From Candidatus Nanosynbacter lyticus (GTDB lineage Bacteria > Patescibacteriota > Saccharimonadia > Saccharimonadales > Saccharimonadaceae): a DNA stretch of 32,000 bases. Under the pieces are notes generated by a model, which saw nothing but the letters and a program-made list of their open reading frames with translations, was not told the origin of the DNA and did no database searches. Positions 1 through 7,628 of this stretch are shown piece by piece. The stretch lies in contig NZ_CP124549.1 in the NCBI RefSeq assembly GCF_030253515.1, forward strand, positions 300,001-332,000, read 5' to 3'. Position 1 is the stretch's first letter. Each line of letters starts with the position of its first letter. The position numbers and the translations under genes were made by a program.

Positions 1-315
1 AATAGATGAGGACAAAAATGTACATTTAACACTTTAGAAATACTTATTCTGTCATTATACTTTAGGACAAAATGTCTTAATGGATGATGACATTTTTAGG
101 TTGTAATTGCTTATTTCTTCTCAAGCTCAGCTTTTGCGGCAATATGCATAGAGATGGTGCTACTTTATGCTGCGATAAATCTGTATAGAATAGTGAAGCT
201 TAGCTGAGATTCTACTATCAAAAGATTTCATAATACTTTCTCGAGGAAAATAGGCTAGTTGTTCGGTGTCTTAAGTCAGGTATCAGTGACGCTAGCCCAA
301 GTCACTCGCATCTAT

Positions 316-1701
316 TCAGATGAATTTCTCTAATCCAGGGGGATGCGCCCCCTTGCTGTCCTGTTTCTCAACCTCGATGACGTGAACGCCGAGGCGTTCC
401 TTATGCGGTGGGTAGATCTTGTGAAGGAGGCGAAGCGCCTCTTCTTTGCTTTTCGCCTGCGGCACGATCTGCTGCCATGACTCAGCCGCCAGCATGTCGG
501 CGAATTTACTGTAGATTCGAATTGACTTGATTCGCACTACACCAGACGCATGTCCGTTTTCGAGCTGTAATAGCTGACCCTCCTTAAGGCGCTTGATGCT
601 GTTGTAGCCGATACGAACTTCTAAGGTCTTGCGACCCGACATGATTGCGTCATAGTACGGCCGCTTTATACGCATCTTACGCACGGGATCTCCTTTCTGG
701 AGGCTGAGCCCCCACTGCTGAACAGTGACGTCTGGCGCATAGCCTTCGGGAAACAAGCCTTCAATCATCCAGCCGTGGCGCTGGAGGCAGGCAATCTGCC
801 ACGGCTCAGGAACAAGGTGGATATACAGCTTGTGACCATAACCGGCTAATAATTGTGGCAAGTTAGCTATCAGTGCTTCGAAAACAGCCTCTGATTTTGC
901 TACCAGCGGCATGATTTTGATCGGCTGGCCTTTCTTTGGGGTTGCAACGACAACGCCAATAACCTTTCTATCCTGCTCGGCGATGAAAATGAGCTTATAC
1001 TTAGCGTTGACGTCTCGGCTCTCACGCCGTTGGTAGCTAGCAAATAGCGCATCCACCCATGTATCATCCACACCATTAAAGTCACTGCCCACTCGCGATA
1101 GGATCAGTTGGCGCGCCGCTGCAGCGTGCTTTTTCTCGTCAAACGGGACGATTGAAATGCCTGACAAATCAGGAGTTAGACCCTGATTCAGCGGCTTGTA
1201 CAGCATACACTCGTCGATACCGGGTTTATAATGATCTTGCGCCTTGCCGACCAGATGAAATCCTTTGCGCAATAGAAACTTGAGCGTGGCTTGGTTTTGG
1301 GCAGCTACTGTACAGTAGAGTTGCCGAGCGTGGTGTTTGCGAGCAAAATCCTCAGCATGACGAAGCAATTTACTGCCAATGCCAAATTGGCCGCGATATT
1401 CTGGCGCAACGATGAGCGGACTAATTTTAACTGTTCCCTGCTTCTTGCCGACCAGATGAATCATCCCGGCGGGATGATGATTGACTTCTGCAATAAACAT
1501 GTATTGTCCAAGTGAAAACTGCCCGGCAGAATCGACGTTGCCATTGATATGCGTGGTAAAAATCCGCTGTGCATGAGCTTGATGATCGCCATTGTAAAAC
1601 GGCCCAAGTGTTTCTGCCATCAAGTGGGAAACGAAATCAACATCGCCTGTTTTGGCTTTACGGATATCCACAGTGACTGACGATTTCTTATATCGGTGCA
1701 T
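316..1701 (-). CDS. Fusion protein: GNAT N-acetyltransferase + second degenerate GNAT-like domain + C-terminal ASCH (PUA-like) domain
   Basis: 461-aa ORF. N-terminal third has a GNAT acetyl-CoA loop (RGQFGIGSKLL). The middle third is GNAT-like without a clean loop. The last ~110 aa fit the ASCH pattern (RPYYDAIMSGRKTLEVRIGY..EGQLLQL). Motif recognition only. Confidence 0.7.
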   Translation of the reverse strand: MHRYKKSSVTVDIRKAKTGDVDFVSHLMAETLGPFYNGDHQAHAQRIFTTHINGNVDSAGQFSLGQYMFIAEVNHHPAGMIHLVGKKQGTVKISPLIVAPEYRGQFGIGSKLLRHAEDFARKHHARQLYCTVAAQNQATLKFLLRKGFHLVGKAQDHYKPGIDECMLYKPLNQGLTPDLSGISIVPFDEKKHAAAARQLILSRVGSDFNGVDDTWVDALFASYQRRESRDVNAKYKLIFIAEQDRKVIGVVVATPKKGQPIKIMPLVAKSEAVFEALIANLPQLLAGYGHKLYIHLVPEPWQIACLQRHGWMIEGLFPEGYAPDVTVQQWGLSLQKGDPVRKMRIKRPYYDAIMSGRKTLEVRIGYNSIKRLKEGQLLQLENGHASGVVRIKSIRIYSKFADMLAAESWQQIVPQAKSKEEALRLLHKIYPPHKERLGVHVIEVEKQDSKGAHPPGLEKFI

Positions 1702-1898
1702 GAGTTTATTGTCTTATACCCTATACAATAATACAAGTTATCTATCGCTATACATGCGTAATTTATGGCTATAGCTAGTCAAATTGGTACAAGTACAGAC
1801 CGTAACCACTACTAAGGCGCGAGACATTCCGCCTTGCGCCGTAAAAGCCGCCCATTGCTTTTGGGTGGTTTATGCTTCTGTTTTGGTGTTGGGGTGTC

Positions 1899-2488
1899 TT
1901 ATGTTTTTGCTAGATAATCTCTCAGCATTACAAATCCATCAACCGCCTCAATCGCCGCCAAATATTCTTTCCACTCCTCATCATTCAGCTCTGCCAAGCT
2001 GCGCCCGGGAAAGCTCGAGTGTCCATAAATATACAGTAATTCCGTCCAGCCATGGAGATTATCACCGCGCGGCTCATCAATGATAAATCCCTCCTCGTCG
2101 GCCGCGAAAATATGGTCTTCTTTACCGTCAAAATAGCCAACCGCGAAAAAAAGATGGCTCTACGATCAGTTTCATCTTGCATTAGTTTGATGATGCCGGG
2201 ATAGCTAAAACTATCCAGCAGCAATTTAACGAACGGCCCCGGAAAGCCTTTCAGCGCTGGGATGAAAAAGCTGCGATCATCAACGATCAGGCGCTTGTTT
2301 GGAAAAGCTTTCTTGGCCTGAGATAGTTTACTTTTGGCAATCGTTTGAATATCCAGCCCCCGCCCCTCGTCAAAATCATAGTCAAGTTGCTGTAGGTCAA
2401 CACCGAGCGGTTGAAGAAGTTGCTGAAGGCTGGCGAACTTGCGCTGGTTGGAGGTAATGAAGTAAATTGGGTGGAACTGACTCGTCAT
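1899..2488 (-). pseudogene. HAM1/RdgB-like non-canonical NTP pyrophosphatase, reading frame broken at an A7 tract (2146-2152)
   Basis: N-terminus (FITSNQRKF, LKGFPGPFVK) is HAM1-like and paralogous to 4937-5491. After ..DRRAIFF the annotated frame turns to nonsense. The adjacent frame reads AVGYFDGKEDHIFAADEEGFIIDEPRGDNLHGW...LAELNDEEWKEYL and stops at 1899-1901, matching the paralog (ITYFDGNK...LAEMTDDEKVEL). Confidence 0.7.
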
Positions 2489-2541
2489 GATATTAAGTAT
2501 ACGTCATTCGGCACTATTTACGCAGGCTCCTAATGCTTTAC

Positions 2542-3027
2542 TTATTTGCTCTCACCATAAGCCCCTAAAATCGCCCTCAAACTCACGCTATGACGGAAGT
2601 TTATGTCGTCAATCTTACCCAGATCAACCCACTCCGGCGTGCCGTTAGTATAAGTTTTTTCGCTGTCGGTTATGTTGTCGTTATTGATTTGCCCATGCAG
2701 CTGGCTGTGGGTGAAGTACAGTTGGATTGACTGGTTAGCTTGCGCCTCGGCGTTGCGCTTAAAAAAGGTGGTCGCTTGGTGAATGATTTTATCCGGCATG
2801 ATGGTCAGTCCAGTTTCTTCCTTAACTTCGCGGACAATTGACTCCTCAATCGTTTCGCCTTTCTCGATACCACCACCAATCAAGCTGTAACCGTCCCATT
2901 GTCTAGTCAAAAGAATCTTATTATCCTCAATAATCACCGCGTACACACCGACACGAATATTTAGTTCGTCAACGGGAACGGTGTATTGATTACCGAAGAC
3001 GTCTTTACAGATGATGGATTTGGTCAT
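2542..3027 (-). CDS. Nudix hydrolase
   Basis: Perfect Nudix box GGIEKGETIEESIVREVKEETGL. AAGGAG Shine-Dalgarno (SD) sequence 5 nt upstream of the ATG. Confidence 0.85.
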   Translation of the reverse strand: MTKSIICKDVFGNQYTVPVDELNIRVGVYAVIIEDNKILLTRQWDGYSLIGGGIEKGETIEESIVREVKEETGLTIMPDKIIHQATTFFKRNAEAQANQSIQLYFTHSQLHGQINNDNITDSEKTYTNGTPEWVDLGKIDDINFRHSVSLRAILGAYGESK

Positions 3028-3064
3028 CTTTGCTCCTTATCGCAGTAACTTTCTAAAATTTGTA

Positions 3065-3335
3065 CTAATCAACCCGCTCGGCAAGCGACATTACCTGATA
3101 GCCGTATCGATCAATATCTTCTTGTTTCCAAAAATCAACTTCTTTCGTACGTAAAACTTCGCCGACTATGTGACGCACTGTGCGGCCAGTTGGTGTTCCG
3201 TCATAATTTATCTCAATCTGCTCCAGGACGTCGCCGGTCTGGACGTCAAAATCAGCTACTCTCATATCAAATGTCTTCTCACCTGCTAGGACTTTTTCGA
3301 ATAAATCAGGGTAAGATTTTTTGGTGATGACTCAT
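3065..3335 (-). pseudogene. Small ASCH/DUF3850-like protein, apparent frameshift in a T6/A6 tract (3317-3322)
   Basis: The ORF from ATG 3265 lacks the conserved N-terminal ASCH strand. The same frame stays open upstream (..KKSYPDLFEKVLAGEKTFDMRVADFDVQTGD) but has no in-frame ATG/GTG/TTG. An ATG at 3335 (MSHHQK) sits in the neighbouring frame, and removing one A from the A6 run would join them. Confidence 0.55.
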
Positions 3336-3486
3336 TATAAAGCTACTTAATTTAGTTCACAAGCCGATGCTAAAATTGTGCGGCGAATACTACTTGATTT
3401 GTTAGGGGTCAGGTATTGGTTGTAGTTTTATTCTAGTATGAGTGAGTGGAAATTAGCATGGTTTACGGTGATTTTCGTACGATTGC

Positions 3487-3515
3487 TTGACTTCGGGTCC
3501 TATTATTGATATAAT
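3487..3515 (+). promoter_or_regulatory. Sigma-70-type promoter TTGACT-N17-TATAAT
   Basis: TTGACT at 3487-3492, exact 17-nt spacer, TATAAT at 3510-3515, in an AT-rich intergenic region upstream of the 3576 and 3847 ORFs. Confidence 0.55.
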
Positions 3516-3575
3516 ATGTATCAGCGTTTTGGAATAATCCTAACGCTTCCTTCTACTCGAGAAAGGCCTACAGTT

Positions 3576-3794
3576 ATGAAAATTGAGGGCTATGTTAAAT
3601 GCGGCGACAACTGTATCATCAGAAAACTGTCTAACGGCGAGCACGCCGTCTTGATCCCTGACCGTGTGGTCGGCGGCGAGGTGTGGTACAGGTGTATGTA
3701 CGATGTGTACCTGCGCTACCAGGTACCGTCGCGTAACACGGTTATCGTTAGCAGACCGTCCTGCCGGTCTGACTGCTGTTGTCGAGAGGAGTGA
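3576..3794 (+). CDS. Hypothetical small Cys-rich protein (72 aa); could instead be a structured RNA
   Basis: ATG with GAAAGG 10 nt upstream. The first half looks protein-like with G/C-ending codons. The C-terminus is odd (..CRSDCCCREE), the segment is rich in nested hairpins, and both strands are open. Confidence 0.3.
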   Translation: MKIEGYVKCGDNCIIRKLSNGEHAVLIPDRVVGGEVWYRCMYDVYLRYQVPSRNTVIVSRPSCRSDCCCREE

Positions 3795-3846
3795 CACAAT
3801 AGACCCGAGCAAGTCTATAAACTGCTCACTTTCAAAGAGGGTTGAA

Positions 3847-4122
3847 ATGAATGATCCAATTGAGATATCAGTTGCCGAGGAATTATTATTCCTAATAGAT
3901 AGCGCCATAGAAAAAAGAGATATTAAGCAATTGACTAGTATTTATGGCATAGTCCATGAGTTTATTGGTAAACCTATTTATGATCCTCGGGCGGACTTTG
4001 TTATTATAGATGATTATATTTATGATCTAATTGATGAGCTTGAAGCTGGTAAAGAACCAACCATTTACAATGGTTTACGCAAGAGGATAGAAGAAGATTT
4101 ACATAGTTCATCTAAATTATAG
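3847..4122 (+). CDS. Hypothetical small acidic protein (91 aa), AT-rich gene
   Basis: ATG preceded by AGAGGG. The listed ORF 3664-4122 is longer, but its 5' part overlaps the previous ORF. No recognisable motif. Confidence 0.5.
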   Translation: MNDPIEISVAEELLFLIDSAIEKRDIKQLTSIYGIVHEFIGKPIYDPRADFVIIDDYIYDLIDELEAGKEPTIYNGLRKRIEEDLHSSSKL

Positions 4123-4142
4123 GGGCCAGTAGAATGATAGAC

Positions 4143-4160
4143 CAGTAATGCTAATTACTG
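4143..4160. terminator. Hairpin between convergent genes (CAGTAAT-GCTA-ATTACTG)
   Basis: Perfect 7-bp stem with a 4-nt loop, 21 nt after the stop of 3847-4122 (+) and 3 nt after the stop of 4163-4468 (-). The U-tracts are weak. Confidence 0.4.
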
Positions 4161-4162
4161 CT

Positions 4163-4468
4163 TTACCTCCCTCTCCGCGCGGCCAGCGCAAACCACATAA
4201 AGTAATCCTCCAACGATTCGTCCTCCATGCCGGCGAATAGTTCGCGGGCGCGCAGGACTTCGCGGAGTTTTGGCGATTTTTGGCGGGCAAGCTGCTCGGC
4301 GGTGGCGTCCAATAAGTCCAAGCCGCGCTGCCAGGCGCCAGTCATCGCAGCCGTGTCGCCGCGGCGCCGGGCGGCAAAGGCTCGCCCGACCTCCGAGCCG
4401 ATGTTGCCCATTTGCTCGAAAATCGTCAAGCTTTGCCATTTCTCCCGGTCAAAGACATGTTCACTCAC
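4163..4468 (-). CDS. Hypothetical helical protein (101 aa), translationally coupled to the upstream gene
   Basis: GTG start at 4468 overlaps the upstream stop (GTGAGTGA). The sequence SEHVFDREKWQSLTIFEQMGNIGSEVGRA.. matches no family I can name. Confidence 0.6.
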   Translation of the reverse strand: MSEHVFDREKWQSLTIFEQMGNIGSEVGRAFAARRRGDTAAMTGAWQRGLDLLDATAEQLARQKSPKLREVLRARELFAGMEDESLEDYFMWFALAARRGR

Positions 4469-4802
4469 GGACGACTCCGGCGATGATATCGATAATTTGC
4501 TGCCGCGCCGCTGGGTCGAGCACATCGCGCGACGGATTGTTTTGTCGTGGACGAATGCTTATCATACTGTCAAACTCGATAAATTCATCGGTACCAAACT
4601 TATCCGGATGTAGGTTGATCCCCCATAGATCTGCTTGCTGCGATCCGCGTTCTAACAAATACGCCTCGCCATCAGCATGCATATCCATGTCGATCGCCAC
4701 AATTTTCTTAGCAACATCGACATCCGCTTTGACCATCGTCCCGTACATCCTCTCGGCCATCGGGCGAAGCTCGGTGAGGGTTATGGTATCAATAATCTTC
4801 AT
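4461..4802 (-). CDS. DUF5674-like protein (family name recalled from memory)
   Basis: 113-aa ORF with ..DMHADGEAYLLERGSQQADLWGINLHPDKF..FIEFDSMISIRPRQNNPSR.. The family label needs an HMM check. Confidence 0.6.
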   Translation of the reverse strand: MKIIDTITLTELRPMAERMYGTMVKADVDVAKKIVAIDMDMHADGEAYLLERGSQQADLWGINLHPDKFGTDEFIEFDSMISIRPRQNNPSRDVLDPAARQQIIDIIAGVVRE

Positions 4803-4936
4803 GATTTAATTGTAGCACAGACGGCTGGTGCTTTAGCAGGATATGCTTTTAGCGGTGGATATGTCGTATGGGGTGGCGGGGGCTGGGTTTTGTTTGATAG
4901 TAAGTGGTGCTTCTCTACTTATTAAGTATATAAGTC

Positions 4937-5491
4937 TTATTTGCTGCTTTTTTGCAGCCACGCCGCCAACTTTTTCCAAACTTCCGCAGTCAGTTCCACC
5001 TTTTCATCATCAGTCATTTCAGCGAGTGTTTTGTTTTTATCGTCTGGCAAGAAATATTTGTCGTAATTGCGCCCGTTGTTGCCGTGCGGTTCTTTTAATA
5101 ACGTGCCGCGCAGTTTTAAGGTAAAGATTTGCGGTTTGTTGCCATCAAAGTAAGTAATCGTGCGCTGCGTGTACGCTCGAGCGGCGCCGCCGAGCAGCTG
5201 AATTGTCCTGTCAATACCGATAGTGACGAGCGCGTATTTGGTGTAAACGCCGGGAAAGCCGTTCAGCTCATCGATGAACAGACCTGAATCCATCACCACC
5301 AGCGGACGCTTAAGTAGATCGTAATATTTTATCGCTTTATCGACAGAGACGGCTTGTTGATCGTCGGACTGGATTTCTGGCACGTCAGGCAAGGTTTCGT
5401 CTGGTGCGATCAAGTTGATGTCCGTTCCTGCCAGCGCCTGTTTAGCTCCAGCAAGTTTGTGCTTATTAGTCGTCGCGTAGATTAAGTCCAT
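4937..5491 (-). CDS. HAM1/RdgB-like non-canonical NTP pyrophosphatase (intact paralog)
   Basis: IYATTNKHKL.. and LNGFPGVYTKY motifs; 184 aa. Confidence 0.8.
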   Translation of the reverse strand: MDLIYATTNKHKLAGAKQALAGTDINLIAPDETLPDVPEIQSDDQQAVSVDKAIKYYDLLKRPLVVMDSGLFIDELNGFPGVYTKYALVTIGIDRTIQLLGGAARAYTQRTITYFDGNKPQIFTLKLRGTLLKEPHGNNGRNYDKYFLPDDKNKTLAEMTDDEKVELTAEVWKKLAAWLQKSSK

Positions 5492-5515
5492 AATTATAGT
5501 TTAGCACTATCTGTT

Positions 5516-6901
5516 TTAGGCAAACCTCACTACAAACCGCATACCCTGCCCGTGCGGCACAAACTCATAGTCCAGACCCTTAGCGTCGAGCAGCATTTTC
5601 ACGGTGTAGAGGCCGATGCCGCTGCTGTCGGCGTGTTGTTTCGTGGTACCAAGGCTCCGATAAAACGGGTCGAAAACGTGCTGGAGTTGTTGTTTGGTGA
5701 GTGGCTTGCAGGCGTTTTCGATGGCCAGCTCATGCTGGTTGCAAGTAATTTTTATGACGCTCCCTGCGTCGCCGTGGCGCACCGCGTTTGACACCAGGTT
5801 CGAGATGACGTGGCGCATCATGTCGCGGTTAGCACGAATGGTTGTTGGCTCTGTATTAACCGTGAAAGTCATGCTGCGCGTTTTTGCTAGCAGGCGGTAA
5901 TCGTCAACCACTTCAGCAACTAACTTATCAATCCTCAGCCGTTTTTCCTGGTGCAGAGCTTGCTCGGCCACGCTTCCAGAGCGCAACACATCATTCACCA
6001 TCGCTGCCAAATGGTCAACCTGCGCCACCGATTCCGTCAGGTATTGATCGCGATTTTTATATTCGCCGATATTCAACTGCATGTTCTCAAGCATGATCCG
6101 TAGCGCTGCCAATGGCGTTTTCAGCTCGTGCGAGGCCGCACGGAGGAAGGCGATTTTCTCTTTCTCAAGCTGGGTTATCCGCTTATTCTCATGTTCCAGC
6201 GAACGAATCGTTTGCCATAGATTTTGATAGAGCTCATTAATGTTTCGCCCTAGCACGCCAATCTCGTCATGACTACTCACTGGGTAATGCGCACCCTTTT
6301 CCAGTTGCTGCATGGTCGTCGTCACCGCCGCCATCTGGCGAATCGGCCGCGTGATAAAACGGCTATAGATGTAAGAAAATATCAGCGCCACCAACAGCGA
6401 GCCGATCATGGTATATGGCAATACCTGCAAGGTAGCGAGCTTGGCCTGGGTAACGGGCGCCACATCGGCCAGCAGCTTGACGGCGATCGTTTGACCTTGG
6501 TTATCCGCCACACTGCCCTGCCGCAAAATCACCGAGCGCGGATCGACCGTTTGGCCATCAGCAATTTTTACCACGCTAGTGTCAACCGATTTACCACTAT
6601 CGGTCACAATATTGATCGACTGAAAACCTTGAAAGTACTGGTCGCGCCCGTCAACCGTCAGCGTAATGTTGACGTTTTTCATACTCGCAAATTCCTGGCT
6701 GATTCGGCGCATTTCCTCAGTCGATTTACCGCGTAGTTCAGCCACGAGCGCCATGAGATTGTCCGCCGCCTCGCGCTCTTTTTGCTGCAGATAAAATTGC
6801 GGCATCAAGGTGTAAACCAGCGCATGTACCAGGATGATCAATGCCGCGAACAAGCCAATTGATACCAAAAACGTCTTGGGAAATAACTTAAGCCGCTTCA
6901 T
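5516..6901 (-). CDS. Sensor histidine kinase (2 TM, HAMP, HisKA, HATPase_c)
   Basis: H-box SHELKTPL; N, G1 and G2 boxes (NAVRHGD.., SGIGLYTV); 14-nt overlap with the upstream regulator gene. Confidence 0.9.
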   Translation of the reverse strand: MKRLKLFPKTFLVSIGLFAALIILVHALVYTLMPQFYLQQKEREAADNLMALVAELRGKSTEEMRRISQEFASMKNVNITLTVDGRDQYFQGFQSINIVTDSGKSVDTSVVKIADGQTVDPRSVILRQGSVADNQGQTIAVKLLADVAPVTQAKLATLQVLPYTMIGSLLVALIFSYIYSRFITRPIRQMAAVTTTMQQLEKGAHYPVSSHDEIGVLGRNINELYQNLWQTIRSLEHENKRITQLEKEKIAFLRAASHELKTPLAALRIMLENMQLNIGEYKNRDQYLTESVAQVDHLAAMVNDVLRSGSVAEQALHQEKRLRIDKLVAEVVDDYRLLAKTRSMTFTVNTEPTTIRANRDMMRHVISNLVSNAVRHGDAGSVIKITCNQHELAIENACKPLTKQQLQHVFDPFYRSLGTTKQHADSSGIGLYTVKMLLDAKGLDYEFVPHGQGMRFVVRFA

Positions 6902-7541
6902 AGCGATAGCCCACCCCCTTCACTGTGATGATGCAGTCCAGGTGCAATTTTTTGCGTAAGTTTTTGATGTAGACGTCAATCACCCGGTCAAACGGCACCT
7001 CGTCATCACGCCACAGCTTGTCGATGATAGCCTGCCGACTCCAGACCATGTTTGGATTATCGACGAGCAACTTGAGGAGTTGGACTTCCTTAGGTTTGAG
7101 GTGCGCGTCATTGTCATCATAAAATCCCTGATATGCCATAAAATCCACCGAGGCCAGGCCGCGCTGCCACAAGGTTTTTTTGACAGACTGCTGGCGGCGA
7201 AGCAGCGCCTTAATTCGCTTCTCTAGAATCACCAGCGAAAACGGCTTACTCATATAATCATCCGCCAGCTCGTCAAAACTAGCGACCTGCGTCGGCTCAT
7301 CATGCAGCGCCGTCAGCATCAGTACCGGCACGTCGCTGGTCTGGCGAATCTTACGTAGTGTCTCGATACCACTCATCCCTGGCAGCATAATATCCAGGAT
7401 AATCACATCTGCCCCAGCAAATTTTTCCAGCGCCTCCTCACCACTAGCCGCCGTCAACACCGTAAAGCCGCGCTGGCGGAGGAACCGCTCAGTGCCAGTG
7501 CGCAGAGTAGGTTCGTCTTCGACAAGGAGAATCGTTGCCAT
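6888..7541 (-). CDS. OmpR-family response regulator
   Basis: Receiver domain (ILLVEDE..DIMLPGMSG..SKPF) plus a winged-helix C-terminus (..TVKGVGYRY). Confidence 0.9.
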   Translation of the reverse strand: MATILLVEDEPTLRTGTERFLRQRGFTVLTAASGEEALEKFAGADVIILDIMLPGMSGIETLRKIRQTSDVPVLMLTALHDEPTQVASFDELADDYMSKPFSLVILEKRIKALLRRQQSVKKTLWQRGLASVDFMAYQGFYDDNDAHLKPKEVQLLKLLVDNPNMVWSRQAIIDKLWRDDEVPFDRVIDVYIKNLRKKLHLDCIITVKGVGYRYEAA

Positions 7542-7555
7542 AGGTATAGTATACC

Positions 7556-7585
7556 GGAAAATGCCGCCCGTGGTAAACGGGCGGC
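7556..7585 (-). terminator. Intrinsic terminator after the Gre-family gene
   Basis: Minus strand reads GCCGCCCG-tttacca-CGGGCGGC followed by ATTTTCC; an 8-bp GC stem. Confidence 0.6.
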
Positions 7586-7628
7586 AGGGGGCGCGTGGTC
7601 AGCGTCAAATTGGGACGCTTGGGTCGTA

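Noticed and set aside
1-120. Weak resemblance of AAAATGTCTTAATGGAT / GACATTTTTAGGTTGTAAT to the core of the 92-bp repeat (AAAATGTCAATGGAT...GTCAAAAATGTGGTATAAT).
   Set aside because: Only short patches match, with several indels. It is not distinguishable from AT-rich promoter-like sequence by eye, and the window edge prevents a context check.
1848-1868. Possible terminator hairpin after the HAM1-like gene (CCACCCA-N7-TGGGCGG then CTTTTAC on the minus strand).
   Set aside because: The 7-bp stem has an A-C mismatch on the transcribed strand and a short U tract, which is too weak to call.
1784-2083. Plus-strand 99-aa ORF opposite the HAM1-like gene.
   Set aside because: It is antisense to the restored C-terminal half of the frameshifted HAM1-like gene, which gives a far more convincing protein.
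3718-3760. ACCAGGT ... AGCAGACC, reminiscent of SRP (4.5S) RNA domain IV (CCAGGU...GGAA...AGCAGCC).
   Set aside because: The spacing is about 11 nt too long and there is no GNRA tetraloop helix between the two halves. The AGCAG segment pairs better in its own local hairpin. This needs cmscan to settle.
4155-4925. ORFs 4155-4439 (-), 4227-4613 (+), 4270-4809 (+) and 4677-4925 (+) overlapping the DUF5674-like pair.
   Set aside because: They are shadow ORFs of the two coupled minus-strand genes, with Arg/Ala/Ser-rich translations and no start context.
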